Below, piece by piece: positions 30,544-42,490 of a DNA stretch of 64,000 nt. This stretch comes from an uncultured Chloroflexia bacterium (GTDB taxonomy: Bacteria > Chloroflexota > Limnocylindria > Limnocylindrales > CSP1-4). The notes under the pieces were generated by a model. It did no database searches. It was not told where the DNA came from and saw nothing but the letters and a program-made list of their open reading frames with translations. Numbering within the stretch: position 1 is the first letter of the stretch; each line of letters begins with the position of its first letter. A program made the translations under genes and the position numbers. The stretch lies in contig CAVYIM010000006.1 in assembly GCA_963768655.1 (NCBI GenBank), positions 160,001 through 224,000 of the forward strand, in the 5' to 3' direction.

Positions 30544-31383
30544 GTGATGGACCGAACCGCCCCGACTCACGCAACCCACGACCAGCTGCTTCTGGCGCGC
30601 CTCTATGGCGGCGACGTCGACGAGCTGGAGCGGAGCCGGGCTCTCGATCAGATTGCGACGTGCCAGGACTGCGCGGACGTCTTCGCGGATCTGGGGTCTA
30701 TCGCCGCCGCCACCGCGGCTCTCCCGACTCCACCCCGACCGCGCGACTTCACTCTCACCGAGGCCGACGCGGCTCGTGTCGGCCGGCGTGGCACAGGCTG
30801 GGGGATCTTCGACTGGCTCGGTCGAACGAGGGCTCTGGGGGGCTCGATGGCGGCCGCCGGGCTGGCCGGCCTGGCGCTCGTGGGGGCCCTCTCGGTCTTC
30901 GGGCAGGGCGCCGGAAGTGCCGCCTTGACCGGACAATCGACTATCGCCGCACAGAACACTGGAGGCACACCGGGCGAGGCGGCGTACAATGCCGCTTCTT
31001 CGGTTCCGGATCAGAACGGCGGCACGACACTCGCGGGCCCGAGCTCGACTGGCATCCCGCAGATCGTCGCCGTCTCCCCAGTCGCACCGCCGGCCTCCGT
31101 CCCATCCGCGTCTGCGACCGGGAAGCTGCCGCCCTCCGACCAGCAGCAAGCCGGCTCCGGCAAATCTACGTCGGTGTCGTCCAACTCTCGACCGGCGAGC
31201 GTTCCTTCGGGATCCAAGAGCGAGCACTCCGGCGGCGGCTCCTCCGGCCCCGCCGGCTCGACAGGTTCGGGCGGCGGGCCAGACCCGAGGAGCCTCGCGC
31301 TCGTCGCCTTCGCCGGGCTGGCCATCCTCGGCGCATTGCTGCTGACCGTTCCTCGCTTCGCCGTCAGCCGGGCTCATCGCTAG
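30544..31383 (+). CDS. membrane anti-sigma factor (zinc-finger-like)
   Basis: Follows the ECF gene; HATH...CQDC, PRPRDFTL, TM helix, Ser/Pro-rich region, C-terminal TM. Confidence 0.75.
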   Translation: MMDRTAPTHATHDQLLLARLYGGDVDELERSRALDQIATCQDCADVFADLGSIAAATAALPTPPRPRDFTLTEADAARVGRRGTGWGIFDWLGRTRALGGSMAAAGLAGLALVGALSVFGQGAGSAALTGQSTIAAQNTGGTPGEAAYNAASSVPDQNGGTTLAGPSSTGIPQIVAVSPVAPPASVPSASATGKLPPSDQQQAGSGKSTSVSSNSRPASVPSGSKSEHSGGGSSGPAGSTGSGGGPDPRSLALVAFAGLAILGALLLTVPRFAVSRAHR

Positions 31384-31556
31384 AAGGCTTGCATCGCCCG
31401 CCCGGCTCCGCGCCTGGTGCGGGTTCGCCCGTCGCGCACCGCCTTCGGTCCATCTCGCGCCGCTCTCAGCTGTCCGTTCGAACCTCGATCGCGGCGTAAA
31501 CTTGGGCAGCCGTCGATCGTTGCGCCGGCCGCCGAACCGCTCAGCCGGAGGCCCAA

Positions 31557-34487
<2,931 letters not shown>

Positions 34488-34920
34488 ATCGGGGCGATTC
34501 GCGATCGGGGCGGCGGCGCGCAGCAGCCCCGACCCTGATCGGATCGGTTTGCATGCCCGGCAAGCCCGGCCCGCGGAGCATCGTCGAGCGCTTCGTGCTC
34601 AGCGGGTGAGCAAGTAGGACGCCGCATGTGGGGGAAGGTGTCGATGGACGTCGAAACCGCTCACGCTGTGGACAGATCGAGCGTACGGCACCTTCCAGGG
34701 GTCGAATGAAGACGGGTCGAGAGCGACTTGTGCGTCCGGCGAGCAGATTCGACCAAACTGGCGCGACCCAGCCCGCCCTGGTGCCACACATGCTCACTGA
34801 GTGAGCAGCGGTCGCCGGAATCGGGCCGCCCTGCGGGGTCTGTGTTCCAGGCTGGGCAGATTCGACGCCCGCTCGCGGCCGGCCAGGCGACCGCTCCGGC
34901 GCCGGCCGCCTCGGAGTTCG

Positions 34921-35277
34921 TCAGCCGTTGGCGAGGGCGACCTGCCAGTAGTCGTACTCGCCGCCGAGCGGCGCGACCGCGGCCTCGAACTCGGTCCGAA
35001 GCGCGGAGATTGCTTCGGGCGTGACCACGACCGACTGGATCACGGCCACCATCCAGTAGCCCTTGCGGGCCGACGTCTCGATCTCGATGCGTCGATCGGG
35101 CCGCTGAAGTGAGCGGGCGACCTGCTGCGCGGCCTTGACTCCGGGTATGTAGAGGAAGTGGCGAGTCTCGTGAGGCATGCTGGGATCGGCGCCGGCCTTG
35201 CGGAGCTCTTCGACGGCGAGCGCGTCGGGATCTATCGTTCCCGGCTTCTGACCCGCGTCTTTCTTGAGGAAGCTCAT
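34921..35277 (-). CDS. RraB-like (ribonuclease E inhibitor RraB/DUF695) protein
   Basis: L...GAD.S.PHETRHFLY...LGGEYDYW pattern. Confidence 0.7.
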   Translation of the reverse strand: MSFLKKDAGQKPGTIDPDALAVEELRKAGADPSMPHETRHFLYIPGVKAAQQVARSLQRPDRRIEIETSARKGYWMVAVIQSVVVTPEAISALRTEFEAAVAPLGGEYDYWQVALANG

Positions 35278-35447
35278 CGGTCGCTCCGAGATCGTGCTGC
35301 CGGTGCTCGGCCAGACAGATAGTAGCCGGACGGCGCCCCAGGCTGTCAGTAGTGGTATCGGCGACGGCGACCGGCGCAGGACGGCGAGCGAGCCGGCTGT
35401 TCCCATCGCCGCACGCGCGCCGGCGCCGGCCCCGCTATCTTCAACGC

Positions 35448-36563
35448 ATGCCCGAACTGCCGGAAGTCGAGACGATCGCCCGGGATCTGCGCGGCCTGGT
35501 GACGGGCGCGCGGATAGTGGGCGCGCGCTCGAACTGGCCGCCCACGCTGCGCAGCCACGACCCGGATGCCTTCGCGGCGGCGGTTTCGGGGCGGGACATC
35601 GAAGGCGTGGGCCGGCGGGGGAAGCAGCTCCTGGTCTGGCTCGGACCGGCGCCCGGCCCGGCAACCCCGGACCCAGTAGACCCGGACCCGGCGGTCCTCA
35701 CGATCCATCTCAAGATGACCGGCCAGCTGTTCGTCGTGGCGGCGAGCAGTCCCGACGATCGCCACGTCCACGTCGTCCTGGCGCTGGCCGACGGCCGCGA
35801 GCTGCGGTTTCGCGACATGCGCAAATTCGGGCGGATCGGCCTGTACCGTCGCGATCCCGCCACGGGCCTGCCGCTGCAGGGCGAGGCGGTCGGCGTCCTG
35901 GCTCTCGGCGCCGAACCACTCTCCGACGAGTTCACCGCGCGCCGGTTCGCGGAGCTGCTCGCGCAGCGTCGCGGCCGGCTCAAGACCCTGCTGATGAACC
36001 AGGACTTCCTGGCCGGCGTCGGGAACATCTACGCCGACGAATCTCTCTGGCGGGCGCGGCTCCACCCGCTCCGCGATGCGCACAGGCTCCGCCCCGACGA
36101 CGTCCGCCGTCTCCACAGGGCGTTGCGGGAGGTGCTGGCGGAGGCGGTCGAACGGCGGGGCAGCTCGATCGACGACTACACCGCGCCCGAGGGCGATGGC
36201 TCGATGCAGGAGCACCTGGCCGTATACCAGCGCGCCGGCCAGCCATGCGAGCGCTGCGGCCGGCCGATCCGGCGGATCGTGGTGGGCGGGCGGTCGACGC
36301 ACTTCTGCAGCTGGTGCCAGCGGCTGCCGGCGGATCAGCGCGAGGCGGCGGGCAAGCTCTTGCGGTCGGCGCACGACGGGGGCGAGGGCGGGCGCCCGGG
36401 TAGACGCGGCCCGCGTTGGACGGAGCTGTCGGGCCGGGGGGCGCTTGGTCGGACCATCGACGAAGAAGAGCGGGCGCGGCGCGGGGCGGCCACTCGAAAG
36501 GCGGCGTCCACGCGCCGCGCGGCGGCGAGACGAGCGGCGGCCCGTACGGGCGGGCCCGCCTGA
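35448..36563 (+). CDS. mutM: formamidopyrimidine-DNA glycosylase with basic C-terminal tail
   Basis: MPELPEVET, RRGK, HLKMTG, GVGNIYADE, CERC...CSWCQ zinc finger. Confidence 0.97.
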   Translation: MPELPEVETIARDLRGLVTGARIVGARSNWPPTLRSHDPDAFAAAVSGRDIEGVGRRGKQLLVWLGPAPGPATPDPVDPDPAVLTIHLKMTGQLFVVAASSPDDRHVHVVLALADGRELRFRDMRKFGRIGLYRRDPATGLPLQGEAVGVLALGAEPLSDEFTARRFAELLAQRRGRLKTLLMNQDFLAGVGNIYADESLWRARLHPLRDAHRLRPDDVRRLHRALREVLAEAVERRGSSIDDYTAPEGDGSMQEHLAVYQRAGQPCERCGRPIRRIVVGGRSTHFCSWCQRLPADQREAAGKLLRSAHDGGEGGRPGRRGPRWTELSGRGALGRTIDEEERARRGAATRKAASTRRAAARRAAARTGGPA

Positions 36564-38608
36564 TGTCGATCGTCCGGCTGGAGAGCGTCGTTCGCGAGGT
36601 CGGCGACTTCGTCATCCTCGATCACGTGGATGCGGCCGTCGCCGCGGGCGATCGAATTGGCCTCGTCGGCCCCAATGGCGCGGGGAAGACGACCCTGCTG
36701 CGGCTCGTCGCCGGGCTCGACGAGCCCGACGGGGGCGAGGTCCATCGGAAGCGTGGCCTGACTATCGCCATGCTGCCCCAGGAGGCCAACGTCGACTCGA
36801 CCTTCACAGAGGCGCCGAGCCTGAGGCAGGCCGTCCGGGCGGGCGCCGGGCGGTTGGAGGAGCTCGAGCGAATCCTTCGCCAGATGGAGGAATCCGGTCT
36901 CGTCACCGAGCCCGCGTACGAGCAGCTGCAGCACGAGTTCGACCATCGCGACGGGTACGGACTCGACCAGCGCGTGGAGGCCGCACTCTCGGGCCTCGGC
37001 TTCGATCGAGGGCAGTGGGATCGCCCGCCGACGAACCTGTCGGGCGGTGAGCAAACCCGCGCCGCACTGGCCCGGCTGCTGCTGGGCGACCCCGACCTGC
37101 TCCTTCTCGACGAGCCGACGAACCACCTCGATCTGGCCGCGCTGGAGTGGCTCGAGCTTCACCTGGGCCGCCGCCACGGCTCCTTGATCGTCGCCTCGCA
37201 CGACCGGGCCTTCCTGGACGCGACCGTCATGCGTGTCTGGGAGCTGCGCGATCGACGATTAGCGCCGTTCCGTGGCAGCTACTCGGCCTACGCCCGGCAG
37301 CGGGAGGAGCGCGACGTCCGGGCGGAGGAGGACGCCGAGGATCGGGCGGGGGCGATCGCCCGCGAGCGTGAACTGGTCCAGCTGTACCGGCATCAGCGCA
37401 AGTTCTCCAAGATGCACGAGCACGAAGCCCGCCTCGATGCGCTCGAGCCGCTGGAGAAACGGCGCTCGGAAGCGAAGCTCCGCCTGCCCACGGAGGCTCT
37501 CGCCGGCGGCGGCCCGGCTCGCTCCTACGAAACGGTGGTTCGGGCGGAGGGGCTCGTGGTCGGGTACGCGACACTCGGGGATGGCGAAGGCGCGGCCCGC
37601 AAAGAGACCCCCGTCGCCCGCGTTCCATGGCTCGAGCTGAGCCGCGGCCAGCGCGTCGGTATCGTCGGCCCGAACGGTGCCGGAAAGACGACGCTGCTGC
37701 GCACGATCGCCGGCGAGCTGGCGCCACTGGACGGCGCCCTGGACCTGGGCAAGAACGTCCAGCTGACGTACCTCGCCCAGCTCCGCGACGTGCCGATCCC
37801 CGGTGCGACGGTCCTCGACGCTGTCCTCGACGCGCTGCCGCTCAGCCAGGGTGCGGCGCGGGGCCACCTGGCGCGCTTCCTCTTCCGCGGCGACGACGTC
37901 TTCAAGGAAGTGGCCGCGCTGTCCGGCGGCGAGCGTTCCCGGCTCGAGCTGGCGCTGCTCTTCCTGCTGCCGGCGAACCTGCTGTTGCTCGACGAGCCCA
38001 CGAACCATCTCGACATTCCGGCGCGGGAGGCGCTCGAGTCGTTCATGGCGAGCACCGATGCCACTTTGCTCGTCGTCAGCCACGACCGGCGGCTGCTGGA
38101 GAAGGTCTGCGCCTCGCTGTGGGTCGTCGACGACGGTCTGGCCGTGCCGTTCGAGGGTGGCTACCGCGCCTGGCGGGCTGCGGTCGCCGACGGCTGGACG
38201 GTGAAGGCGGCGGCCGAAAGCGAGGCCCGGCGACTTCATGGCGGACGGCCCGCGCCCGACGGACGGAAGCCGGGGGTCGCGGTCGGGAACCAGGGTCGAA
38301 AGGCCGAAGCGCGATCGGGTGGGGGAGCGGCGCCTTCGGATCGTCCCGCGGCTGCGACCCGCGTCCCGGACCACTTACCCGTCGCGAAACTCTCCAAGGA
38401 CGCCTACCGTCGGCGCAAGATGCAGCTGGACGACGAGCTAACAAGTTTGACCGAGCGCAAACGCCGCCTGGAATCGGATCTCGCCGACCCGGGCGTCAAC
38501 GGCAACTTCCTCGAGCTCCGCCGCGTCAGCGGCGAGCTGGCGAGCGTCGATCAAGCCCTGGCCGAGGTAGAAGAGGCGTGGCTGGAGATGGAGGAATCGG
38601 CACCGTGA
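36563..38608 (+). CDS. ABC-F family ATP-binding protein
   Basis: Two GPNGAGKTT Walker A, LSGGE and LLLDEPTNHLD motifs; no TM; C-terminal coiled coil. Confidence 0.92.
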   Translation: MSIVRLESVVREVGDFVILDHVDAAVAAGDRIGLVGPNGAGKTTLLRLVAGLDEPDGGEVHRKRGLTIAMLPQEANVDSTFTEAPSLRQAVRAGAGRLEELERILRQMEESGLVTEPAYEQLQHEFDHRDGYGLDQRVEAALSGLGFDRGQWDRPPTNLSGGEQTRAALARLLLGDPDLLLLDEPTNHLDLAALEWLELHLGRRHGSLIVASHDRAFLDATVMRVWELRDRRLAPFRGSYSAYARQREERDVRAEEDAEDRAGAIARERELVQLYRHQRKFSKMHEHEARLDALEPLEKRRSEAKLRLPTEALAGGGPARSYETVVRAEGLVVGYATLGDGEGAARKETPVARVPWLELSRGQRVGIVGPNGAGKTTLLRTIAGELAPLDGALDLGKNVQLTYLAQLRDVPIPGATVLDAVLDALPLSQGAARGHLARFLFRGDDVFKEVAALSGGERSRLELALLFLLPANLLLLDEPTNHLDIPAREALESFMASTDATLLVVSHDRRLLEKVCASLWVVDDGLAVPFEGGYRAWRAAVADGWTVKAAAESEARRLHGGRPAPDGRKPGVAVGNQGRKAEARSGGGAAPSDRPAAATRVPDHLPVAKLSKDAYRRRKMQLDDELTSLTERKRRLESDLADPGVNGNFLELRRVSGELASVDQALAEVEEAWLEMEESAP

Positions 38609-39321
38609 CGCAACGCGAGCCGGCGGCTACGGTGAGCGCCCAGCGCCGAGGCGGAGCCGCTCCGCGCCGCGGCACACTCGGGACGCGGGCCCCGCTGATC
38701 GGCCTGATAGGCCCGATCGGCTGCGGCAAATCGACCGTGGCGGGGTGGCTGGCCGCGCGCGGCGCCGCCGTGGTCGATGCCGACGAGCTGACGCGCGAGG
38801 TGATGGCGCCGGGCACGCCTGTCACCGGCGCGATCGTCGCCCACTTCGGCGAAGAGTATCGCCGCGCCGATGGCTCGCTCGATCGGGCCGCCCTGGGCCG
38901 CCTCGTGTTCGCCGACCCGGCTCGCCTGGCAGAGCTGGAGTCGATCGTCCATCCCGCCGTCGCCGGTTTGCTCGAGGCTTCCATCCGGTCGGCCGATTCG
39001 AGCGGCCCCGCCGCTCCCGCCGCGATCGTGTTCGAGGCGATCAAGCTCGTCGAGGCGGGCCACGGCCCCTGGTGCGATGAGATCTGGCTGGTCATCTGCG
39101 ACGCGAAGGCTCAGCTCGCCCGCCTCACCGGCCGCGGCATGTCGGAGCCGGACGCCCGCCAGAGAGTGGCCGCCCAGGCCGCCTCACGGAAGCTCTGGCG
39201 CGCCGCCGCCACCCGCACGATCCGCACCGACAGCCCGCCCGACGCGGTTGAGCGTGCTGTGGGCGCCGCGCTGGAGGAGGCCCTGGCGGCGGCGTCGCTG
39301 AAGGCCGCGCGGCGGCGCTGA
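38605..39321 (+). CDS. coaE: dephospho-CoA kinase
   Basis: IGLIGPIGCGKSTV, VDAD, LDRAALGRLVF, LESIVHP; GTG overlaps the upstream stop. Confidence 0.93.
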   Translation: MTQREPAATVSAQRRGGAAPRRGTLGTRAPLIGLIGPIGCGKSTVAGWLAARGAAVVDADELTREVMAPGTPVTGAIVAHFGEEYRRADGSLDRAALGRLVFADPARLAELESIVHPAVAGLLEASIRSADSSGPAAPAAIVFEAIKLVEAGHGPWCDEIWLVICDAKAQLARLTGRGMSEPDARQRVAAQAASRKLWRAAATRTIRTDSPPDAVERAVGAALEEALAAASLKAARRR

Positions 39322-39476
39322 AGCCGTGTGGCGGCGTCGCGGGCCCCTCAGGGCAGCTTGCCGAGATCTCGGCCGCCCGGAGAGGGCGGCGCCCGCGACG
39401 CCGCGTCGGAAGCGCCATTCAATCGTGTAGCACCTGCCTTCAGGTTTGGATTCGCCGATGCGCCTACAATCGGTGG

Positions 39477-40844
39477 GTGATCGCGTCCCTTCCGTCGCGC
39501 CGCCGCGGTTTCCTGGGCGGCGTTGCGATCCTGGCAGCCGTCGCCATCGTCTCGGCGGCCGTTCTCGCCGGCTCGGGCGTCGGCGGGAGCGGAGCCGCCA
39601 GCTTTTCCGCATCCGCAAGCCCATTCGCGAGCGCGTCCGCAATCGCCGGGGGCACGTCGGTCGGAGGCGCCGATACGCCCGGGCAGGTGACGCCGGGATC
39701 CACGACGAGCCCTTCGCCCGGCTCCTCGTTCCAGCCGATCGACATGTTCGCGCCGGAGCCGACACCGACGCCCGCTCCTTCTCTGGCGCCCGGAACGACG
39801 AGCCGGCCGGTCAGGAGCGGCCCGCCCGCGATCCCCCTCGTGGACCCCGGCCGTGACATCCCCGACCAGTCCCTCGATTGGCTGACGCTGAAGGCCGCCG
39901 GTCGGTTCGTGCTCTCGAACGGGCAGATCGGCCTCCTCGACGCCTCCGCCGACCCGCTCGCCAACCCGGTAACCGGTCAGCCGTTGCCGGCCGCTCGACG
40001 CCTCGACGTGACCTGGACCCGCTGGATCGTGGAGCCTCCGGCGAGCGGGACGGACGCGAAGGGCAATACCTACCACGACCTCACGTACTGGAACATGTGC
40101 GGACCCGGAGCGACAACGGTTGCGCTCTACTACTGGCAGCAGCTGACCGGTCACCCGAACGTCACCGGCACTGCGGGCTATTTCCTCGACCCGTACGTGG
40201 CGGATGGGGTTGCGTGGCCCAGTAAAGGGCCCACGTTCACGGCGCCGAACGGGCAGGCGGAGCACCTGGGCACCTACTGGTCCGGCTCAGTCAAAGTAGG
40301 CGGCTTCACCGCCCACGGCCGAGGATTCATCATGTATGTGGGCATGGCCGTCCTGCCGGCCGGCTGGACGTCGCCCGGAATCGACGTCTTCGTCGGCGGC
40401 AACGGCAAGCCCCTCTATCCGACGCGCGGCTCGCCTCCGCCGGACATACAGGCGGCGCTGAATTGGGAGGCCTCCGGCCAGGCGACCAACTGGGCCGAGA
40501 CCTACTACGCGACCGTCCCGCGCTGGGATCCGACTCTCGCCCGAGACCTGACGGCGGCCGTGATGCTGGATGTGGGGCGAGACGGCGTTCCGGTCGTGGC
40601 CGCGGTCGACACCTACTACCTGCCCAACTGGCAGGCCGGATCCAGCACGCCGCACACTCGTCATGCCATCTCCATCGTCGGCTACGACAACGCGGCCAAC
40701 CCGCCCACGTTCACGTACCTGGACACCTGCGGCCGCTCGTGCAACAGCCGGGGCGGTAACCAGAACGGCCAGGTCCACGTGATCAGCCAGGCCCAGATGA
40801 CACTGGCCATGGCCGACGGCAACGGCATGGGCTTCATCTGGTAG
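39477..40844 (+). CDS. exported papain-fold (C39-like) cysteine peptidase homolog
   Basis: N-terminal signal/anchor, Ser/Pro/Thr linker, NMCGPGA (Cys), RHAISIVGYDN (His), YLDT (Asp). Confidence 0.7.
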   Translation: MIASLPSRRRGFLGGVAILAAVAIVSAAVLAGSGVGGSGAASFSASASPFASASAIAGGTSVGGADTPGQVTPGSTTSPSPGSSFQPIDMFAPEPTPTPAPSLAPGTTSRPVRSGPPAIPLVDPGRDIPDQSLDWLTLKAAGRFVLSNGQIGLLDASADPLANPVTGQPLPAARRLDVTWTRWIVEPPASGTDAKGNTYHDLTYWNMCGPGATTVALYYWQQLTGHPNVTGTAGYFLDPYVADGVAWPSKGPTFTAPNGQAEHLGTYWSGSVKVGGFTAHGRGFIMYVGMAVLPAGWTSPGIDVFVGGNGKPLYPTRGSPPPDIQAALNWEASGQATNWAETYYATVPRWDPTLARDLTAAVMLDVGRDGVPVVAAVDTYYLPNWQAGSSTPHTRHAISIVGYDNAANPPTFTYLDTCGRSCNSRGGNQNGQVHVISQAQMTLAMADGNGMGFIW

Positions 40845-40912
40845 ACGGGGGAGCTGCGGCCGGGGACGGGCCGCGCACCGGAGCCCTGGCGTTGGAACAT
40901 AGAATTCGACCG

Positions 40913-42247
40913 ATGAGGGTTAGCCGGCGCAGGTTCGCGCCGCTCGGAGCGGCGGCGTTGCTGATCGTGCTGGCGGCTGGCGCGCTTCTGGTCGGGTGGC
41001 GCGGCGGAGGTGAGACCGCCACGTCCTCGCCGAGCGGGGCGATCTCCGCCGGCTCGGGCACGGCCTCGATCGGAGCGGCAACGCCCTCGGTCTTGTTCTC
41101 GTCCGGCCCCGGCGCCACGGCCGCGATCACCGCGACGCCGGCGCTGACCCCGGCCGCCGCGACATTCCAACCCGTCGACGTCTTCGCCACTCCAACCGCG
41201 GCCCCGTCCGAAGGCGCGCTGCCCACCGACCAGGTTGACTCCCCGGCCCCGCGCCGGCCCGTGCCCGCCCAGGCGTCAGAGTGGCTGACGCTCAAGGCGG
41301 CAGGCCGGATCGCCCTCGTCGACGGCAAGGCCGTCGTCCTGGAGTCCGGCGCCGACCCGCTGCTGAACCCCGCCACGGGCGCTCCGGTCCCGGTCGCCCA
41401 CACGCTCGACACGAGCTACACCCGCTGGATCATCGAGCCGCTCGGCAACGGCCAGGACGAGAAGGGCAACAGCTACTCGGACCGAAACCTCTGGAACCTG
41501 TGCGAACCGGGCGCGACAACCGTCGCGCTCTACTACTGGCAGCAGCTGACCGGCCACCCGAACGTTACCGGCACCGCCGGGTACTTCCTCGATCCGTATG
41601 CGTCCGAAGGTGTCGCCTGGCCGTCGCCCGGCCCGGTGGTGGCTCGATCGAGCAGCGGCGCGCGCATCGGCACCTACTGGTCGGGCTCCGATCGACTCAA
41701 CGGCTACACGGCTCACGCCCGCGGCTACATCATGTACGTGGGAATGGCGGTAGCGCCGCCGGGGTGGCAGTCGAAGGGGATCGCGGTGTACGCGAACGCC
41801 AGCGGCCGGCCCCTGTATCCGACGATCGGCGCTCCGCGGACCAACATCCAGGTCGCCCTCAACTGGGAGGCCTCGGGGCATGAGCCGCAGGGCTGGGCTC
41901 AGTTCTGGTATGCCTCGGTCATGCGGTTCGATCCGACCGCCGCCCGCGACCTGCAGATGGCCGTCACGCTGGACGTGGGCCGCGACGGCGTGCCGGTCGT
42001 CGTGGAGCTGGACACCCACGAACTGCCGAACTGGCAGGCCGGCTCGAAGACGCCGCACATCCGCCACGCGGTCTCGATCGTCGGCTACGACAACGCGGCC
42101 AGCCCGCCGACCTATACCTACATCGACACCTGCGGCCGTTCGTGCAACAGCAGGGGCGGCAACCAGAACGGGGCGCTCCACGTCGTCAGCCAATCCCAGA
42201 TGGTCTCGGCGATGCAGGACACGGTCGGCTCGGGCTTCGTCTGGTAG
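40913..42247 (+). CDS. exported papain-fold (C39-like) cysteine peptidase homolog, paralog
   Basis: NLCEPGA, RHAVSIVGYDN, YIDT; colinear with the previous gene. Confidence 0.7.
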   Translation: MRVSRRRFAPLGAAALLIVLAAGALLVGWRGGGETATSSPSGAISAGSGTASIGAATPSVLFSSGPGATAAITATPALTPAAATFQPVDVFATPTAAPSEGALPTDQVDSPAPRRPVPAQASEWLTLKAAGRIALVDGKAVVLESGADPLLNPATGAPVPVAHTLDTSYTRWIIEPLGNGQDEKGNSYSDRNLWNLCEPGATTVALYYWQQLTGHPNVTGTAGYFLDPYASEGVAWPSPGPVVARSSSGARIGTYWSGSDRLNGYTAHARGYIMYVGMAVAPPGWQSKGIAVYANASGRPLYPTIGAPRTNIQVALNWEASGHEPQGWAQFWYASVMRFDPTAARDLQMAVTLDVGRDGVPVVVELDTHELPNWQAGSKTPHIRHAVSIVGYDNAASPPTYTYIDTCGRSCNSRGGNQNGALHVVSQSQMVSAMQDTVGSGFVW

Positions 42248-42490
42248 GGGCCGCACTCGATCGGGCGGCGCCGCCAGCGGGAGTGCGGGCTCAGCGCGGC
42301 GGCGGCCTTGGCGGCAGCCCGATCGCTTCGTCCGCCGCGACGAGGCGGGCGAGTGGGGCTACCGAGGCGTTCCTGACGCGAGTAGCATTGCCGCGCTTCT
42401 CAGGCGCGTCGCGGTCTGCAGTGCCGAGCGGCAGGGCCCAGTCGATTTGGAGTTGTCCCCGAACACTGCAGGGGGTCACCGATGGTCAGG

